Origin: Schizochytrium sp. TIO01
Taxonomy: Eukaryota; Protista; Bigyra: Labyrinthulomycetes
Direction of reading: 5' to 3'
Length of the DNA stretch: 64,000 nt
NCBI GenBank assembly: GCA_004764695.1
Contig: SMSO01000034.1
Span: forward strand, 2,976,001 to 3,040,000
Of the stretch, positions 1-14,500 are shown in pieces (positions within the stretch are counted from its first letter, which is position 1; the number at the start of each line of letters is the position of its first letter). Under the pieces are notes generated by a model, which had not been told where the DNA came from, made no database searches, and saw only the letters and a program-made list of their open reading frames with translations. A program made the translations under genes and the position numbers.

Positions 1-3000
1 AAAAGAGAAGGGATATAACACAAAATAATAATATATCCAAACGAAGTCTCAATTTTGATGGATGCGGAATGACGTACATTCTGAACTACTTACAAAGGGA
101 GTGTTAGGTCTTGCATGGTATAAAGCGTGAAGCTTTGGCTCCCATCCTCAAAGAGAATTGGAGTTGGAATAATGCAATTTGTTCAAAAGATGAGAGCATT
201 AAATGACATGTATTGCCTTACCATATATCCATTTAATAATGTGCTGTCTTGTGCTATTAGGCGTTAGGCTTGCTCCTTCAATCAGTCATGCTTTTCGATG
301 CCTAACTTTTATCATAGTAGTTCTTTCACTGGGATATATGATCATTCCAAAGTTTTCTAATTTCTGAGCACACAGACAAAGATTAAGTAGATGTCCAGTC
401 TTTGCTCATCTGCTCAAACAGCACATCCAAGTCTCAAGGCGCGACGTCTTTCTATTAAGATTAGGTTTTGCTGAGTTTCGCAACTAAAATTTGTTCACTT
501 TCACAACTCCAGCTAAGAAATTATCCAGCATTCCATGAAAGTTTAGTAGGAGAATTTAAGCGAGAGTTGCCAGAAATTTTGTGAATCTTCGGACTTGAAG
601 CGTCTCTATGTAGCGAGCATATTCCCTTGGAAATGTCTGGTGTCAGAGTGCTCGTCGTGACGGAACTGACCTCCAGCGAAGAGGTCCTAAGAGAGTATCT
701 TGACAGGCTTTCTATTTTGGTGACAATTTTCTACAAGTCTTGACTTCTCCAATTTGTTCGGCACGACTAAATCATTTCTGAAGAGCTGTTCAGCAGTTCA
801 GTATGTAAGAAGGGTTTTGTCAAGCGAGACGGTTGCCCATAGATTAATGATAACACATGCCATCTACTAGATACCTACCCTTATATTATATAGCTATGTT
901 TTAACATTATAATATTCCTTTTTTTTTCTACTTTTTTATACCTGGTTAACTAATACTGCCTCTGTGATGCAATAGATGTTGTTTATGTATCACAGGCCTG
1001 CACTAAAATGTATGAACAGGATATATCTTACCAGCGAGGGAGTGTGTTATGTATCAATATATTTAATCTATCTCTATTGCACTTCTGCGAAAGGTTAATT
1101 AAAAACGCCCGACTTGGTCCGAAAAGAGAACCTGCTGAGAAGGTCGGGTTGGTCGCGCTGGAGGTATGTCTCCAACTCTTGAGAGCTGATCGACCAGGAA
1201 CGTGTTCAATCTCAAGGGTAGAAACGTTGTTCTGCCAGCATTCCTGCGGCTTCTTATAGCCTATCGTAAAGTTACTCTGGCCACAAAAATTATTCACCAG
1301 CTTTAGTTTCTAGGTCTGCTTGTAAATAGCGCTGATAAAAAGGAAAGTAGGAGAGAGCAACAGGAATATATCGTCAGTTACGTCAATGAAAAGAGACATC
1401 TGCGCAACCCACACAGAGGCGCCATCCAGGAGCCTCCGTAGTTGCTGTGAAGAGAACACTTTATGATCGTTGCTGCCAGTGTATAAGACTTATTTCTGTG
1501 CCTTCTTCTTCTCATTTCTTTAGAAATTTTCTCTAAAACTGATCTGATTGAACATAATGATGTCTTCCTCAACTTGTTTAACTCTCAACTCGTGTGAAGA
1601 AGATTAATCGTGTTCTGACTTGTCGGCGACTCTTTGTCTGATGGTGTGGCCGAGCAAAAGTTTTAATGTACTGGCGAAATGTGATGCGAGGCAACCACTT
1701 GCACGCATGCTGTATTTTTTTTTTTGTGATATTTGCCAGCTTGCTTTATTATGCTGGTCTTGAATTACCATGTTTTAAAACAAAACTCTGGCTAACTCTA
1801 ATCAAATTTGCCAAAATAGGAATGCTGCGCATTGTAGAGTGCTCTACCTAAGATATGGTCTATTAGGCCGAGTGCTAATGGCTGGCGGAGGATATTCATG
1901 TGTTAAATGCCTTGTTACGTCAAAGGTTTCGATTTTCGCAAGAATGGTGAACAAGAGGAATAAACAATCATTTCATACAGTCATTAGAATAAGGAGAAGG
2001 AAGGCGAATTCCATGCCGGACAGCATCAAGCAGCGTGTCACTTGAAGCGTTGCGAGGTTTAGAGAGCAATCCTTGCGTAGGCAACGCGGATCGAAACACC
2101 AGGAAAGCCGCCTCGCGTGCCGCTTTCGGTGAGTTATTTGGATCTTAGCAATTTTCAGAGAAATAACTCAAATAGAAAGATTAGTATTCAATTTTGGTAG
2201 TAAACCAGTGAGACATAACACCTGTTTGTGGCGTTCGCGTACAACTGGCAAACACCTTAGCACGAGGTCTTCTACAATCCAAGTTGAGTTTCCCCTTCAC
2301 GACAGCGGGGTGCGACGCGCACGTTCAGGATCATCCAGTCTGCTTTAAAGTAAAACTCAGCATCTAGCAACCAGTAGACACTCGTAAGTTAAAAGAGCAC
2401 GTGCAAGAGCATCCAGTCTTACTAACTTTCCCTGACGATAGCTTGCAATAAGAAATTTGCACGCGCCAATGCAAGGGAGAGTATACAACTCGCAACTAGT
2501 GAAACATGAGCAATTGCTACAAAGACTCCTGAGATCGCCAGAAATGTGAATGGAAAGAAGCATGCGCTGTTAATACTTTTATTGAATGACGACCAATTAG
2601 AAAATTTACACCAAAAAAATGCTAAGAAAAAAAATCGTATTTGTACTTTACTTGCGATGATGTTAAAAAAATTAGTGCACACGTTGCACTTGTTTCATAC
2701 TTCACGGCTTGTCGCCACCCACTCCCTCACGGCAGGATCATTCAAGTTTTACGAATGTCTACTATTTGGTCAATTGAAGCATTCGCTTGCACGTGCGAGG
2801 TTTAAATGCATGGCTCGCTTAAGCTCAGTTAGAATGCTGTGCAATGTCTGTAGGATTATTTGGCGTGGGCCAAGGAACGTAAGCGGTAAGTGCAAGATAT
2901 TTGAGGCATTAAAACAATAGATGTTGTGCAACACAGTTTCTTGTATAGTTAGTGATACTATGCTCCTTATTTAAAGTTTGTTTTAGCATAAAATAATAAT

Positions 3001-4354
3001 TAAATAATAATAATAATGTGTTTTAAAAAATGCTTGTCATGAAAAAATAAAAATAAAAATAGAAAAGCATTAGCTGATGCCGCTGTTACTTTAAAGCAAA
3101 TTGTGTGATACCCTGTTTGAACTCCGAAGCATGTTGTCTAAGATCGGTCTCAAAGAGAGTATGTGCTTTAAAATCTATGTTTATGTGAGGATGTAATCAA
3201 TGTTGCTTCAAAGGTCCGAATAACTGAGTTCGATACCAGGCTGCTTAATTCTCGAAAAAAATAAAATAAGTAAAAATAAACCGAAAGCACACGCCCCCAA
3301 TTTATTTTTTGGTTGAAGCAGGATGAACTCAAAAACTCTAAACACCGGGTTAAGACTATGAGCAGAATGGGCAAGATCAAATTCACAGAAGATATTGTAG
3401 CTAAAAGTCAACCTCAAGAGCTGAAGGCATCAATAAATTGAAAAAACGTTTCTCTTACCTATCGAGAGAGCACGGAAAGAAGGGAGATTCCATTCCAAGC
3501 GAGAAATCTTCCGATGTAGCCTAAAGCCTAGTAATAGTGGAGCGCTGACCATGCTTTGTCTCTTCCGGGCGTATGGATAAAAAGTTGAAAGTAGTACCTT
3601 CTTTCTTGATCTGTATTGCTCGGTCAGGACTACGCAACCTGAATTTAATTTCTGTCTTGAACATAACAGCGCTCCTTCAGAGAAATATTGTTAGCAAAAC
3701 TTGTGCGGACCAGTCTTGGGAGGATCTGAACTTGCAAGTGCCGCAAGCGATGGTGTGCTTAGTAAGACATAATACTGTTAATCGGGTTGCGCAAAAATGA
3801 TCTACCAGGTTGCAGTTGAAGTATATGGATTGAAATTGTGGATTCCGAGCAGCCAGGGCGGGCTCTTTGTAACAAGATGATGCTGAAAGGAGAGCTTAGC
3901 TCCTCTGCAAAGGCAATGCGACACAAATTTGAGCCTAATGGGTTCGCTCCGAATGCGAGGTAACCAATGAATATGTCATACTCTGCTCTTTAAATGATAA
4001 AGTCTTTTAGATGCAGCGTCGCTACCTTCCTTTTAATTTTCCTCTCATTTTCTCTCCTCTTTTCAATTTAAAAAAAAACAATCTTTTAATTAAAAAAGAA
4101 AGAAAGCTAAAGCTAAGTAGTATTAACAACTATTAGTGTGCACTCCCAAGGAATCAAAACAAAAAAAACGCGCGTGTGTTGCTGCAATAACTTCTTGCTT
4201 ACATGTAAAACCTTCTTAGTCGCTCTATAGTCAAGAGACAAATGCCAAGACCAGACATTTTGCAAATCTGCAACTCCAAAACCCAAACTCGAGCAACAGC
4301 TCGAAGAAACTGACAATCAAAGAACGCTTGCTGATCCTTCTGGTTTAAAGCATC

Positions 4355-6025
4355 ATGAGTAAAGTAGACGGTGGCGTTGCTCCGACTGATGAGTTGCCGG
4401 ATGACATCACCAAGGAAGAACAACTGAGTGAAGTCCCTGAGGCCTATCTTTCTGGGGATCCTGATCGCCCGCTTAAGTCAACTGACGCTGCTGGCAATGA
4501 ATATCACTATGTCTTGAAACCAATGACATACTGTGTCATGCTCATCTTGATGATGGAGATGTTTGAGCGTTTGTCTTACTACGGTATTAACTTCACTCAA
4601 ACGGCCTACCTTACTGGCCAATATGGTGACTGGAACCCTGGGCTTGACTCTGTTACGGCTAGTTCGTGGACTCTTACTGCCACTGCTATCGCCTACTCTG
4701 TGCCCTTTCTTGGTGCCATTATTGCTGATGGCTTCATCGGTACTTACTGGACTATTATTCTTTTCACAAGTATTCTCTATATCCCGGGTCTTCTCCTTAT
4801 TGCACTTTGCGCAAGGGAAGAGATTTGGCGATCTGGTGTCTATCCCCAAAAGCTCATGGCAGCTTCTCTTATGGGTCTCTACGCTGCTGGTGCTGGTGGT
4901 ATCAAGTCTTGTGTCAACGTTATGGGCGCTCAGCAGTTCCACCCACTTTTGCAGAAATCGCTCATCTCTGATTACTATGTGAACTTTTACATGTTTATTA
5001 ACATTGGTGCTATTATTGGTGGAATTGTGATCCCTTTGATTGTCCAGATCAACGCTTTCGGAGCCTACATGATTCCGTTTTGCTGCTTGTGCATTGGTTT
5101 GGTTTGTTTCATCCTCGGTACGAAGCGTTACGTCCGCATGAAACCCCAGGGATCTGATATTCTTGAGTCACTCAAGGCCACTGGTTATGCTTGCACCTAC
5201 TGCCCACCCAGCTTGGAGAAGGTGAAAGTCAGCAACGGTGGCAAATTCGAGGACATCTTTATTGAGAAGGTCAAGATCATTGCTCGTCTTGTGCCAATCA
5301 TGATTGCCATTGTGCCTTTTAACATGGCTTATGGCCAGATGTCAAGTGTTTTTGTTGTCCAGGGTGGTGTCATGCAGTCTGTTGGTATGATTGATGCTTC
5401 ATGGATGCAGAACTTTGATGCATTTGCAGTCCTTTTCAACGGTTTCTTGGTTTCTCGTTTCCTCTACCCCTTTCTGGAGAAGCGCGGGATTCAGCTTCAC
5501 ATGACTCACAAGTTTGCTATCGGTACTTTTCTTGGTGCCCTTGCCATCCTTTGTGACGTAATTATTGATTACATGATCCACAAGCAATACGCAGCAACTG
5601 GCGAGCCTATCAGCGTTATGTGGCAGATCTTTCCGTACTTCCTCATTGGTGCCGGTGAAATCTTTGCGGAGTCTTCTGCCTACGATGCCGCTTTCCAGAT
5701 CAGTCCTGATGGTATGAAGGCTTTCGGTTCTGCCCTCAACCTGTTCATGATTGGTGCCGTGCCCAACTTCATCTCCGAAGCTATTCTCAACGCCTGCGAG
5801 CGCTGGTTCACCGACTCCTCCGGCTCTGCCTCCATTACGGAGCTGAGTTCTTATTCTGAAGCTCAGGTTTACAAGTACCTATGGTTGCTCTTTGGTATCT
5901 GTCTTATTGGAGTCGTTGGTAACCTTCTTCCTTGGTTCAAGAGGTTTTACACTCATACTGAGGAGAAGTCGAACGATCTTGTTCGTAGTGGTCGCAAGGA
6001 CCTCGTTCCTGTGCCTGACCTTTAA
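4355..6025 (+). CDS. Proton-dependent oligopeptide transporter (POT/PTR2/NPF family, MFS), paralogue 1, 556 aa
   Basis: ExxER motif (EMFERLSYYG), PTR2-like GAIIADGFIGTYWTI, GAGGIKSCV, FYMFINIGA, TM10 GAGEIF; about 12 hydrophobic segments; uninterrupted ORF with biased codons. Confidence 0.95.
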   Translation: MSKVDGGVAPTDELPDDITKEEQLSEVPEAYLSGDPDRPLKSTDAAGNEYHYVLKPMTYCVMLILMMEMFERLSYYGINFTQTAYLTGQYGDWNPGLDSVTASSWTLTATAIAYSVPFLGAIIADGFIGTYWTIILFTSILYIPGLLLIALCAREEIWRSGVYPQKLMAASLMGLYAAGAGGIKSCVNVMGAQQFHPLLQKSLISDYYVNFYMFINIGAIIGGIVIPLIVQINAFGAYMIPFCCLCIGLVCFILGTKRYVRMKPQGSDILESLKATGYACTYCPPSLEKVKVSNGGKFEDIFIEKVKIIARLVPIMIAIVPFNMAYGQMSSVFVVQGGVMQSVGMIDASWMQNFDAFAVLFNGFLVSRFLYPFLEKRGIQLHMTHKFAIGTFLGALAILCDVIIDYMIHKQYAATGEPISVMWQIFPYFLIGAGEIFAESSAYDAAFQISPDGMKAFGSALNLFMIGAVPNFISEAILNACERWFTDSSGSASITELSSYSEAQVYKYLWLLFGICLIGVVGNLLPWFKRFYTHTEEKSNDLVRSGRKDLVPVPDL

Positions 6026-8337
6026 TTCAGTAGATTTGCTGTAAGCGCTTCATTCCGTCGTAATTGTTAACTCATGTTTTTGTTTGTTCGTTTGTTTGTT
6101 TGATTGATTGTTTGATTGTTTGATATGTGATCATCTGGATTTCACCAGCCTGGGTTCTTATTATTCCATTACAAAAACAACTCTGTTCGCCTTGGTTCTT
6201 CCAAGTTGTGAAGTACCTCTCTATAGAGTATGTGAAGATTGCAAGCTTTCATGAAGTCGCTTCCGCTTTAGGACCGATCTTTGAATCAATTTCATTGAAG
6301 GTTATGCATCGATTATGTCTCAAAGTGGACCATATGCTTCGTCTTGTTAGCTAAAAATCTCCGAGTCTAGAAGCAAAAGTTTGGAATTGTCGTTTCAATT
6401 ATCTGCTTCAACATATTACTCCAATTCTCCCAAGGTTACTTTGCATTCCGCATCTCAAATCTAACCATGAAATAAGTGAAATCTAATTATGAAACCAGTT
6501 CAATCGAGCGTATTGAAAAACTTTCCACTTGATGCTAGACCACAGCATACTACGCAGGAAGCTCCGACAGATTCTGTGGCAACTAAAGCTAGTCTGGCAA
6601 AGTCATACGAAAAGAGGAGTAGGTTAGATGCTAATGAGGAAATGCAGAGATTACAAAATGAGCTCAGTTTCACAGATGCAGACTAGATCATCCCATACTC
6701 AGGCTCTCACTCCGTGCCGCTGGAAACTACCCACATGCATGTCTGTGTTCTGAATTTTCATGAACCAAGACAGGTTTGTCTAGTACATTCTACATTTGAT
6801 GCTTCGTTCATTAGTTTTCTTCGTTCTTAGTATCCACATTTACGCGATGGACCTGTAAAACCCTTACTCATATGATCTGCTCATACTAGCTGCCTTTTTG
6901 ACATGCTTTCGCTCTGAAACTCGAGGTCAGTCTTGCCTCCTTCGTATATCACGTTGCCATGCAGCCACGCGTAAGGTGCCCTTGTTTATGCTTTCGACAG
7001 GCCTTGTGCAAGGAGCTTGTCTGCGCTACTATCCACTTCTGAAGCGGGGGATTGGCAGGCACCAAAACACTGCTCATTCTCTGCAGTCTGAAGACGTAAG
7101 GGCAAGGAGAATGATGAAGTGCTGCTGAAAAGGGCGGATGATTGCTGCCATGCACCTTCCAAATGTCTCTCCAGTTCCAACTATATTGGAAGTCGAAAAA
7201 TTCAAAGGAAAGAAGAAACGAAGCTCGTCTGTTGCACTAGTTCTGTTCTTTCTCAACGCCACTCTTTGCCTGCCTGCCTACTTACCTATCTGCCTGATGA
7301 TGTTTTTAGTGACACGCGGCGGCAAAGTTCGACTTGAGAACAGTAGATATTAAAAGCCATTAAAAACCATTTAAGAAAAACCATGAGGTACTCTGAGTTC
7401 TTCACTCAGGCAACTAGATGGGCTTGGCGCCGCGATATGCTTGATCCTGAGCAGCGCTGCGGCAGCTGATCTTCAGGGCGGCCTCCCTTTCGGCCTTACG
7501 ACCAGGCGAAGAAACACGAGCATTATCTGACGAGGTACTAAAAGTCTTTTGTCGACATTTCTTTAACCATGATAAGCACGTACGAAAAGAAAAATACTCA
7601 TATTACAAAACAGAATTAAATTAATAAAAAATGCAAGTAGGTGGGCTTTTGCAAATATAAAGTACGTATGTATGGATATAGTATTCACATCTTCAGAACT
7701 ATATACAAGGGTTGAAAACGCAGAAGGCGAAATCGCACGGGTACCTCTACGTACTGCTTTAATACTTTGGAAAGACGATGAAACCTGAGCTCTTCTTCAA
7801 TATCGACAGATCAAGGCTCGGATAGAGCGCATGATCTTGGCAGCAGCTTTTTCAACAAGGCTTAGTTGCCCGCTTATTTCCCTACTCCTCACTTAAATAA
7901 TAATAAAATATAAAAAATTGATTAAAGAAATAATAAAACATAATAAAAATCACAATAAAACGTTGATGAATTGACGATCAATTTTTCATATCTGACTGGA
8001 AAACACAGATTGGCGCGCGCTCGTGGAGTATGGCGCGCGCGGCCGACGCCGAGAACCGTCTAATCTAATTCGTGCTGCGTCACGGCACTGAGTTTGAAGA
8101 GTATTGGTTGATCTCCTCAGTTTAGGCGGCTGGCGGCCTCTCGTTTTTTCGAGCTGCTTTCTTTGAGGTTTGCACCTTATCCAGTTGTACGAGGGAGCAA
8201 AACGCCCAGGCGAAACGCAAATTTTGATTCAATAATACTCCTTCGTAGGTATTTATTTGTTTTATTTTCACAAAGAGACAATTGGAAAGAAGGAGAGCTC
8301 CGTACTGGTAAGAGATTTATTATTTACCTTCTGACGA

Positions 8338-8507
<170 letters not shown>

Positions 8508-11500
8508 TAGAACTAATACATTCCAATGTCGAAAGCCCTCGGTTCTTACAGATCACAGGAACAAAGTCGAGAGGGCTGCTGAGCTACTACATCTCTTCTT
8601 CCTCCTCGCGCGGAAACGATGAGATTAGTCCTCTCTGGGACTAATTTTGTGGCTCATCCTTGCTCCAGTTTTCGTTCCTCTTGCTTATTAAAGTTGGTAG
8701 AGGGCGGAAATGCCGCGCAAAACCCGTGTATGCGACCTCCTCCAATCTATCGCGGATATTCTATTCTTGCCGCTTTGGCCACTGTCGAGGAAAGTTTGCC
8801 AAGAGGCCCAACCCCTCCAAGGTTAAGTAAGATCCCCTGAAGAGGTCCAAGCGCATTTGTCTCATTGTGCAGCGCCAGGAAACCGCATGAATTGGCATGA
8901 CAACCAAGCAAGTCTGACTTTGTACACACACACACACGTATTTAGTGCTTGCAGCACCATGAGAAACAGCCTTATCGGTGGTCGTCTCGATGTTCATTTT
9001 GCATTGCACGCTCTTGCTCATCATGAGCGGCGAGGTCTTCTCCTCTTCGCAATTTCAAGGCTGCGTCGAGAAGCCTCAAACGTGAACTTCTTCGACTGCT
9101 GCCAGGCAAAGCTCGTGGCTTCGAGATCACTTCTCAGCGCATCGCCGCGATCTTGTCTCCAGGCTTTGCAGCTGGGAGCTAACAATCTATCTTCGATCAA
9201 GCCTTGACTCGAGCGAGTTTGCTCGATCGATATGTTTTGCGCGATATCCTGCACTCCTTTCTTTCACGCTCCCGGCAAGAGTTTGCACCATCGCTGCTGC
9301 TCATTCTCAGCTCGCAGCTGTAGCGTTCGCTCAGACCGTCGTCAAGACCGTCGTCAAGACTGGCAATGCTTCTCCACCCGCTTCGCAGATAGCTGCTCGA
9401 GCGAGCTCTCCTTGCTTGCTCAAGAAGGTTTAGAAGAACGACACAGCGTCGCGAGGTTTCTTGAGCCACGCCGCGCCACTGCCGTCAGCGAATTGCGTTT
9501 CTTCGAGAGCTCCTTCAGCCGAGCTCCTTACAGATAACCTCCCCAGTTTCTGCGCGTGTCTCGCGACGATCTCCAGCTCAGCTAACCATCTTTGCACTCG
9601 TCCTTGTGGCCACCAATTCAGACCTTCGTCGAGGCATCTTTCCAATGTGCCGTGAGCGAGTTAACAACCTCATTCATCCATCAATCGATCCATCGATCGA
9701 TCTCTCTACGAGTGCATATAAATATGAGAGAGAGTCCTCAAATTGCCGCCTTAAAAGCCTCAAAAACCTGCAACAAAGCAGCGCGCTCATGCATGCATTA
9801 CGACTTCAACCTGCAAATTCCTCGATCGCATCATCGATTTATCGCTCCACCGTTTCATCAATTCATCAATTCATCAATTCGTAAACAATCAACGATCGAC
9901 AATCGACAATCGACAATCGACAAACGATCTTGCGTTTTGCCGGACTCTCGACTCCTTAGGCACGCAGGAATTGGGTCAGCGGAGCCTCGAGGCACGCGGC
10001 GCGTCGAACTTCAGGTCACATGTGGTGCTCCTTCCGCAACCCGCTTTGCAGCGAACCGACACTTAGTAACGAGTGAGGAGAAGAAGTGAGGGAAAGGAAG
10101 ACCTCCCTTTCTACCACATTGCATACACCCTCTTCTTCGTTTTTATTGGTTATTGTTGTTTCATCCCCTGATTTATTTTTAAATTTAATTAATTAAAATT
10201 TGTTAATGTCAATAGTTTAAAAGGAAAGTGTTATATAATGCCTGACGAAACTAAGAAATATTGTTATGATCTGGGTATTTTTTCCTTACTTTTTTAATTA
10301 AAAAGTCAATAGATACAAGTTTAATTAAATTTTAAAGTAAGAGACGAATATGAAAGGGATTATTATAAATGTGGGAGAGCTTTGTAGTAGGATTATATAT
10401 ATATTTGTTTAAAATCAATTTAGCAGGTTTTGGATTGATTCGTCAGATGGATTCTTCTGAAGGATTGAAGCTCGAGGAAAGAGGATGCATGCTCCTGGAG
10501 CGGGAACCCGACATCAAGATCAGGTATCTTGAACTTGGAGACAACAGGGATAATGAGGAGAATTGGTTTGATTAGTGCAACACATGTACGTATAATAATA
10601 GTGATGGTCTGATTAGAGAAGTGAATAGGATAAATCAATGTTTAATAATAGATTGCGAGAAGACTGAGGTTTGATGCTGCGCTATGGCATAAAACATGGC
10701 ATTAGTTATCTTGAAATCAATCTTACAACAAGCCGCGTGAGCCTTTGGTTGAGATAATAACTTTCTAAGCATGGAAAAATGTCCGTGATGCATAGCTTTA
10801 ATTGGTGTCATGAATTACCTTGCAGCCAGCCCATACTCAGGGTCGCGATGCCGCCTCGTGCTCTGCAGTCCCCAGAGGTGGGAAGCTGCAGTGCCAGCAC
10901 GCTTCCGTAGAGACATTAATTTTACGATTATCCTTTACGCTTCTTGAAAAAATTAGAAAGGACAAAAACTTCCTTTTAGCAGTAAAAGATAGAAAACAAA
11001 TGAATGGGTGTGTGATTTTCTCTTTTCTTTTATTTTTTCTCTCTTTTTTCCCCTTTTTCTGAAAGGGAGTGGAAAAGCTAAATGCCGGCTACCTGGCGCA
11101 CTTACGATAGACAGAAAGCATAGGACGCTAATTGCCAGGGTCCAAGCTTTCCTCTCCAGATGTCTTCTTACAGCAAATGGACTGCGCTGTGGAGCAGCGC
11201 TGAGAGGAGCATCCTCGTTGCATCAATAAGAACAGGAATAAATAATCCTCTCATACATTCTTTATAAAGCTAATAGCTTTTCAAGGTTGACCAGCTGTGG
11301 GAACCCTATATAGAGTCTTTCGCGACCTGATTTGCATCGGAAGTTTCGAGGAAACCAGTATTAATTGTGAGATATAAATAGAGGCCACGGCATCTTGAAA
11401 CACTAGTGATTGGAGCCTTGAAGTTTGTTGGTTGATTTTCGTCAGCATATCCAATCATCAGGTCCAGTCAATGATCCGAATTTTCCTCTGTTCAGTTTTC

Positions 11501-14500
11501 TATCATGTTCGTGGTTGCTTGAAATCCACTCATTTTCTCAGAAGGGAGAATAAAGGAACTCATTCAGAGACTATAGCTTTCTAAAGGTATAGCGGAGATT
11601 TGCGGAGTTTTGAGGAGCCATCAACATAGGCATTACTACTTTTTGCCAGATGATGTGCGCATCAATCTGCTTTGTTGATAGAAAGTACTGATTCTCATAT
11701 TGATTCTCACATGTTTAAAGCTACAATGCTGTCAAAATGCTAAACACCTCACCTGTCACATCAATCCATTTTGCTCAATAATCATCAGTGAAAGCGTGAG
11801 CCAAATTCATGTTAGCGATTAAAATGATTCTTTTTTCTACCTAGATCACAGGCATAGTCTCTTTGAGGAATATAATAGACTTTATATCAAAATAGAATCA
11901 CTGAATTCATGCCAAACGAATCCAGGGCCTGTTTCCCGATGGATTCATTTGCTTTACTCAGTTGCCGTGCGTCCGATGACTTCTTCTTGCTTATTTTCCT
12001 CATAGGTTAGCCTTCGACACCATCAACAGCAGACCAGTCTCCAAGCTCGAATTGAGCAATATTTTGAGCTTGCTTGAACTCTAACATCGAAAACAACGCA
12101 ACATCCTGCACTGAACTGAAGCACCAAGTTGAAAAGTCCCTTCGCAACGCCTGAGCTGAATCAATTCAATTCTGTCTTTAAAACATTATGAATAAATAAA
12201 TAAAAATGTTTTTTTTTTAATCATCTTACCTACTATTAACAATACTAACTGCCAATTTGTAAATAAATAAATATAGATATATATAATTATGAAAATGTTT
12301 TTAATTCAAGAAAGTAAGAAAAAAAAACCTCTCCCTAATATTGGTATTTTTTATTTTTTTTTAAAGTCATATAAATTTTCACCAGGAGGGGTACCTCACA
12401 AATGTTTTGGATTTGTCGAACACTAGCAGATGAGCTCGAGTAGGACCGATCATATCATACCAAGCAAATGCAGCTGAGATTAACGTCACCTTGGGCTCTA
12501 TCTCTCTCGGCAAATAACTGATTGCAATAATAAGGAGTAGCAAAACATATAAATCAACTTATGATCTTTGTTTTCGTCGCAGAATATTGGCAAGGATTGG
12601 CTCTGAATGGGAATCCAATCCTGCGGCTTATCAGAGGACTCCCTTCGCGAATACTCTTCAAAAATATCTAATACTCGTACATTGAAATACTCTAGCCTTG
12701 ATGATGTTGACAACCTAGCTGTGTCTTATCTTACTGTAAAGCGCTTATTACTATAATGTGTGTTTTCGTTAATGTCCATTAGGAGCCACAAAAATATGTG
12801 ACACTGCCTTGCGATTGGCGCTGCTAGAGATAGGTTGCCGATGATCTTGAGAGGCGTGCTTATCCTCGCAGCTATTCTTATTTTGCGCCGCCGTAGCTGC
12901 TGCTCGCGTCCACTTGATCAGGCTATCGCTGCGGCTTCATGATTTCAGAAGATTGATAACTTGATGAATATTGCGTCTCGTACGCTGATGTCAACGCAAC
13001 GAAGGGGCCAAAGTCCAATTCAATTCTGATGTTGATCTGCGAGATCCACTCAGCGCCTCACAACTGCCAACTCTGAGCTCTTTGTGCCATGGTTCAGAAA
13101 CGTCTGGGACCACGCGCGGATATCCAGCTGCAACCCATCCTTGCGTTACCTGCAAGCAAGAGGACTTACAATTTATCGGAACTATGCCAAACTTTTCTTT
13201 TCTTCTTGTTGTATTTTATCGATCGCAGTTCATGTTGTTGGCTCGTGAATTCATCAGAAGCTTCCCCCTTTGAGTTTGTATTTCGGTCTCATCATCCTTC
13301 AACGTGTCGGAATCGACGTCGTATTCTAAGTGCGCGGCGCTATTTTTGGGAGTTTGCGATTCTTCTCCGCAAAGCCCAACATTGGATAGTATTCCTGTTT
13401 TCCAGCGCAAAGTCGTTGCTGTGTTAATGCTGAATTCGTCTCTTCATCGCGGAAATTCATCCATTACAGCCTCTTGTTCCGCTTCACCATTATTCCCATC
13501 CATTCCAATGACGCGAATTCATTCCGGTCGATGAAATGACTGAATGCCAATTCGTCGAATCCAACTCATTAGCATTGACTCCGCCTTTATCCCATTGAAT
13601 TCCTAAATTCTAAGTCTCGCTGTTGAGGAGAATTGCCGACCGACCGACCGACCGACCGACCAACCAATCAACTCAGCAAGCGTCAACAGCAAACTTGAAA
13701 AAGGAGCACCAAGGCACGCGATTGTCAATTTTCAACCAGCCTACCAGAAGCTCGGCCAAGTAGAATCGCCGCCTCAAACAAATAAGTTGTTGCGACAAGC
13801 TTACTCCGTTTTGCTACTTATTGATGCCAAGTGGGTCCTGTACAGCCATTCGTGGCACGAGGTGACTAACTCTGCGTCATCGGCCTCCTTCTACGACTCG
13901 CCTTCAGTTATTAGTCTAACAAGTGGCCTTATAATTGGTATTCTTGTTGTTATTAGCAGCATTTGAAGGAAGAAAAGACCCCTTTTCATTCTCAATTTCT
14001 GGTATTCTTGTTTCTGTATGTTAAAAAGAGGGGAAATAGAGAGAAAGCGAAGGAGAAAAAGGACAAAGCTGCGCCGTGATTACAATACAGTTACTTTTGG
14101 ACTCGGTTTTTCCATTCACGGATAGACTAGCTAGAGATCCCTGTTGCTGATGATTTACTGCATGCTATGTTGCGGCCTCTTCTTGGTGGTTATGATTTAA
14201 GCATGCTTCTATTCTTTTTCTGAATTGTTGTATTACTTTTATATTTTCTTTAGCCAAAGACAATTTCTCCTCAAGAGATGAACACGACCTTTTCAATGAA
14301 AAATATCTGTATATTCGTAACTACTGCGAGGCCTAGTGGACTTGATAGAAATGGGCACTGAAGAGTACTTTATTAGAAACACTTGGTTTTGTCCAATTGA
14401 AAATATAAGAGAATAAGAGAAAGAGAGAATAAGCTGGCCGTGAACTCTCGCACTCGGAGCCTCTGAACTCAGAACGACCTTTTAAAGAATACTTTTCAAA

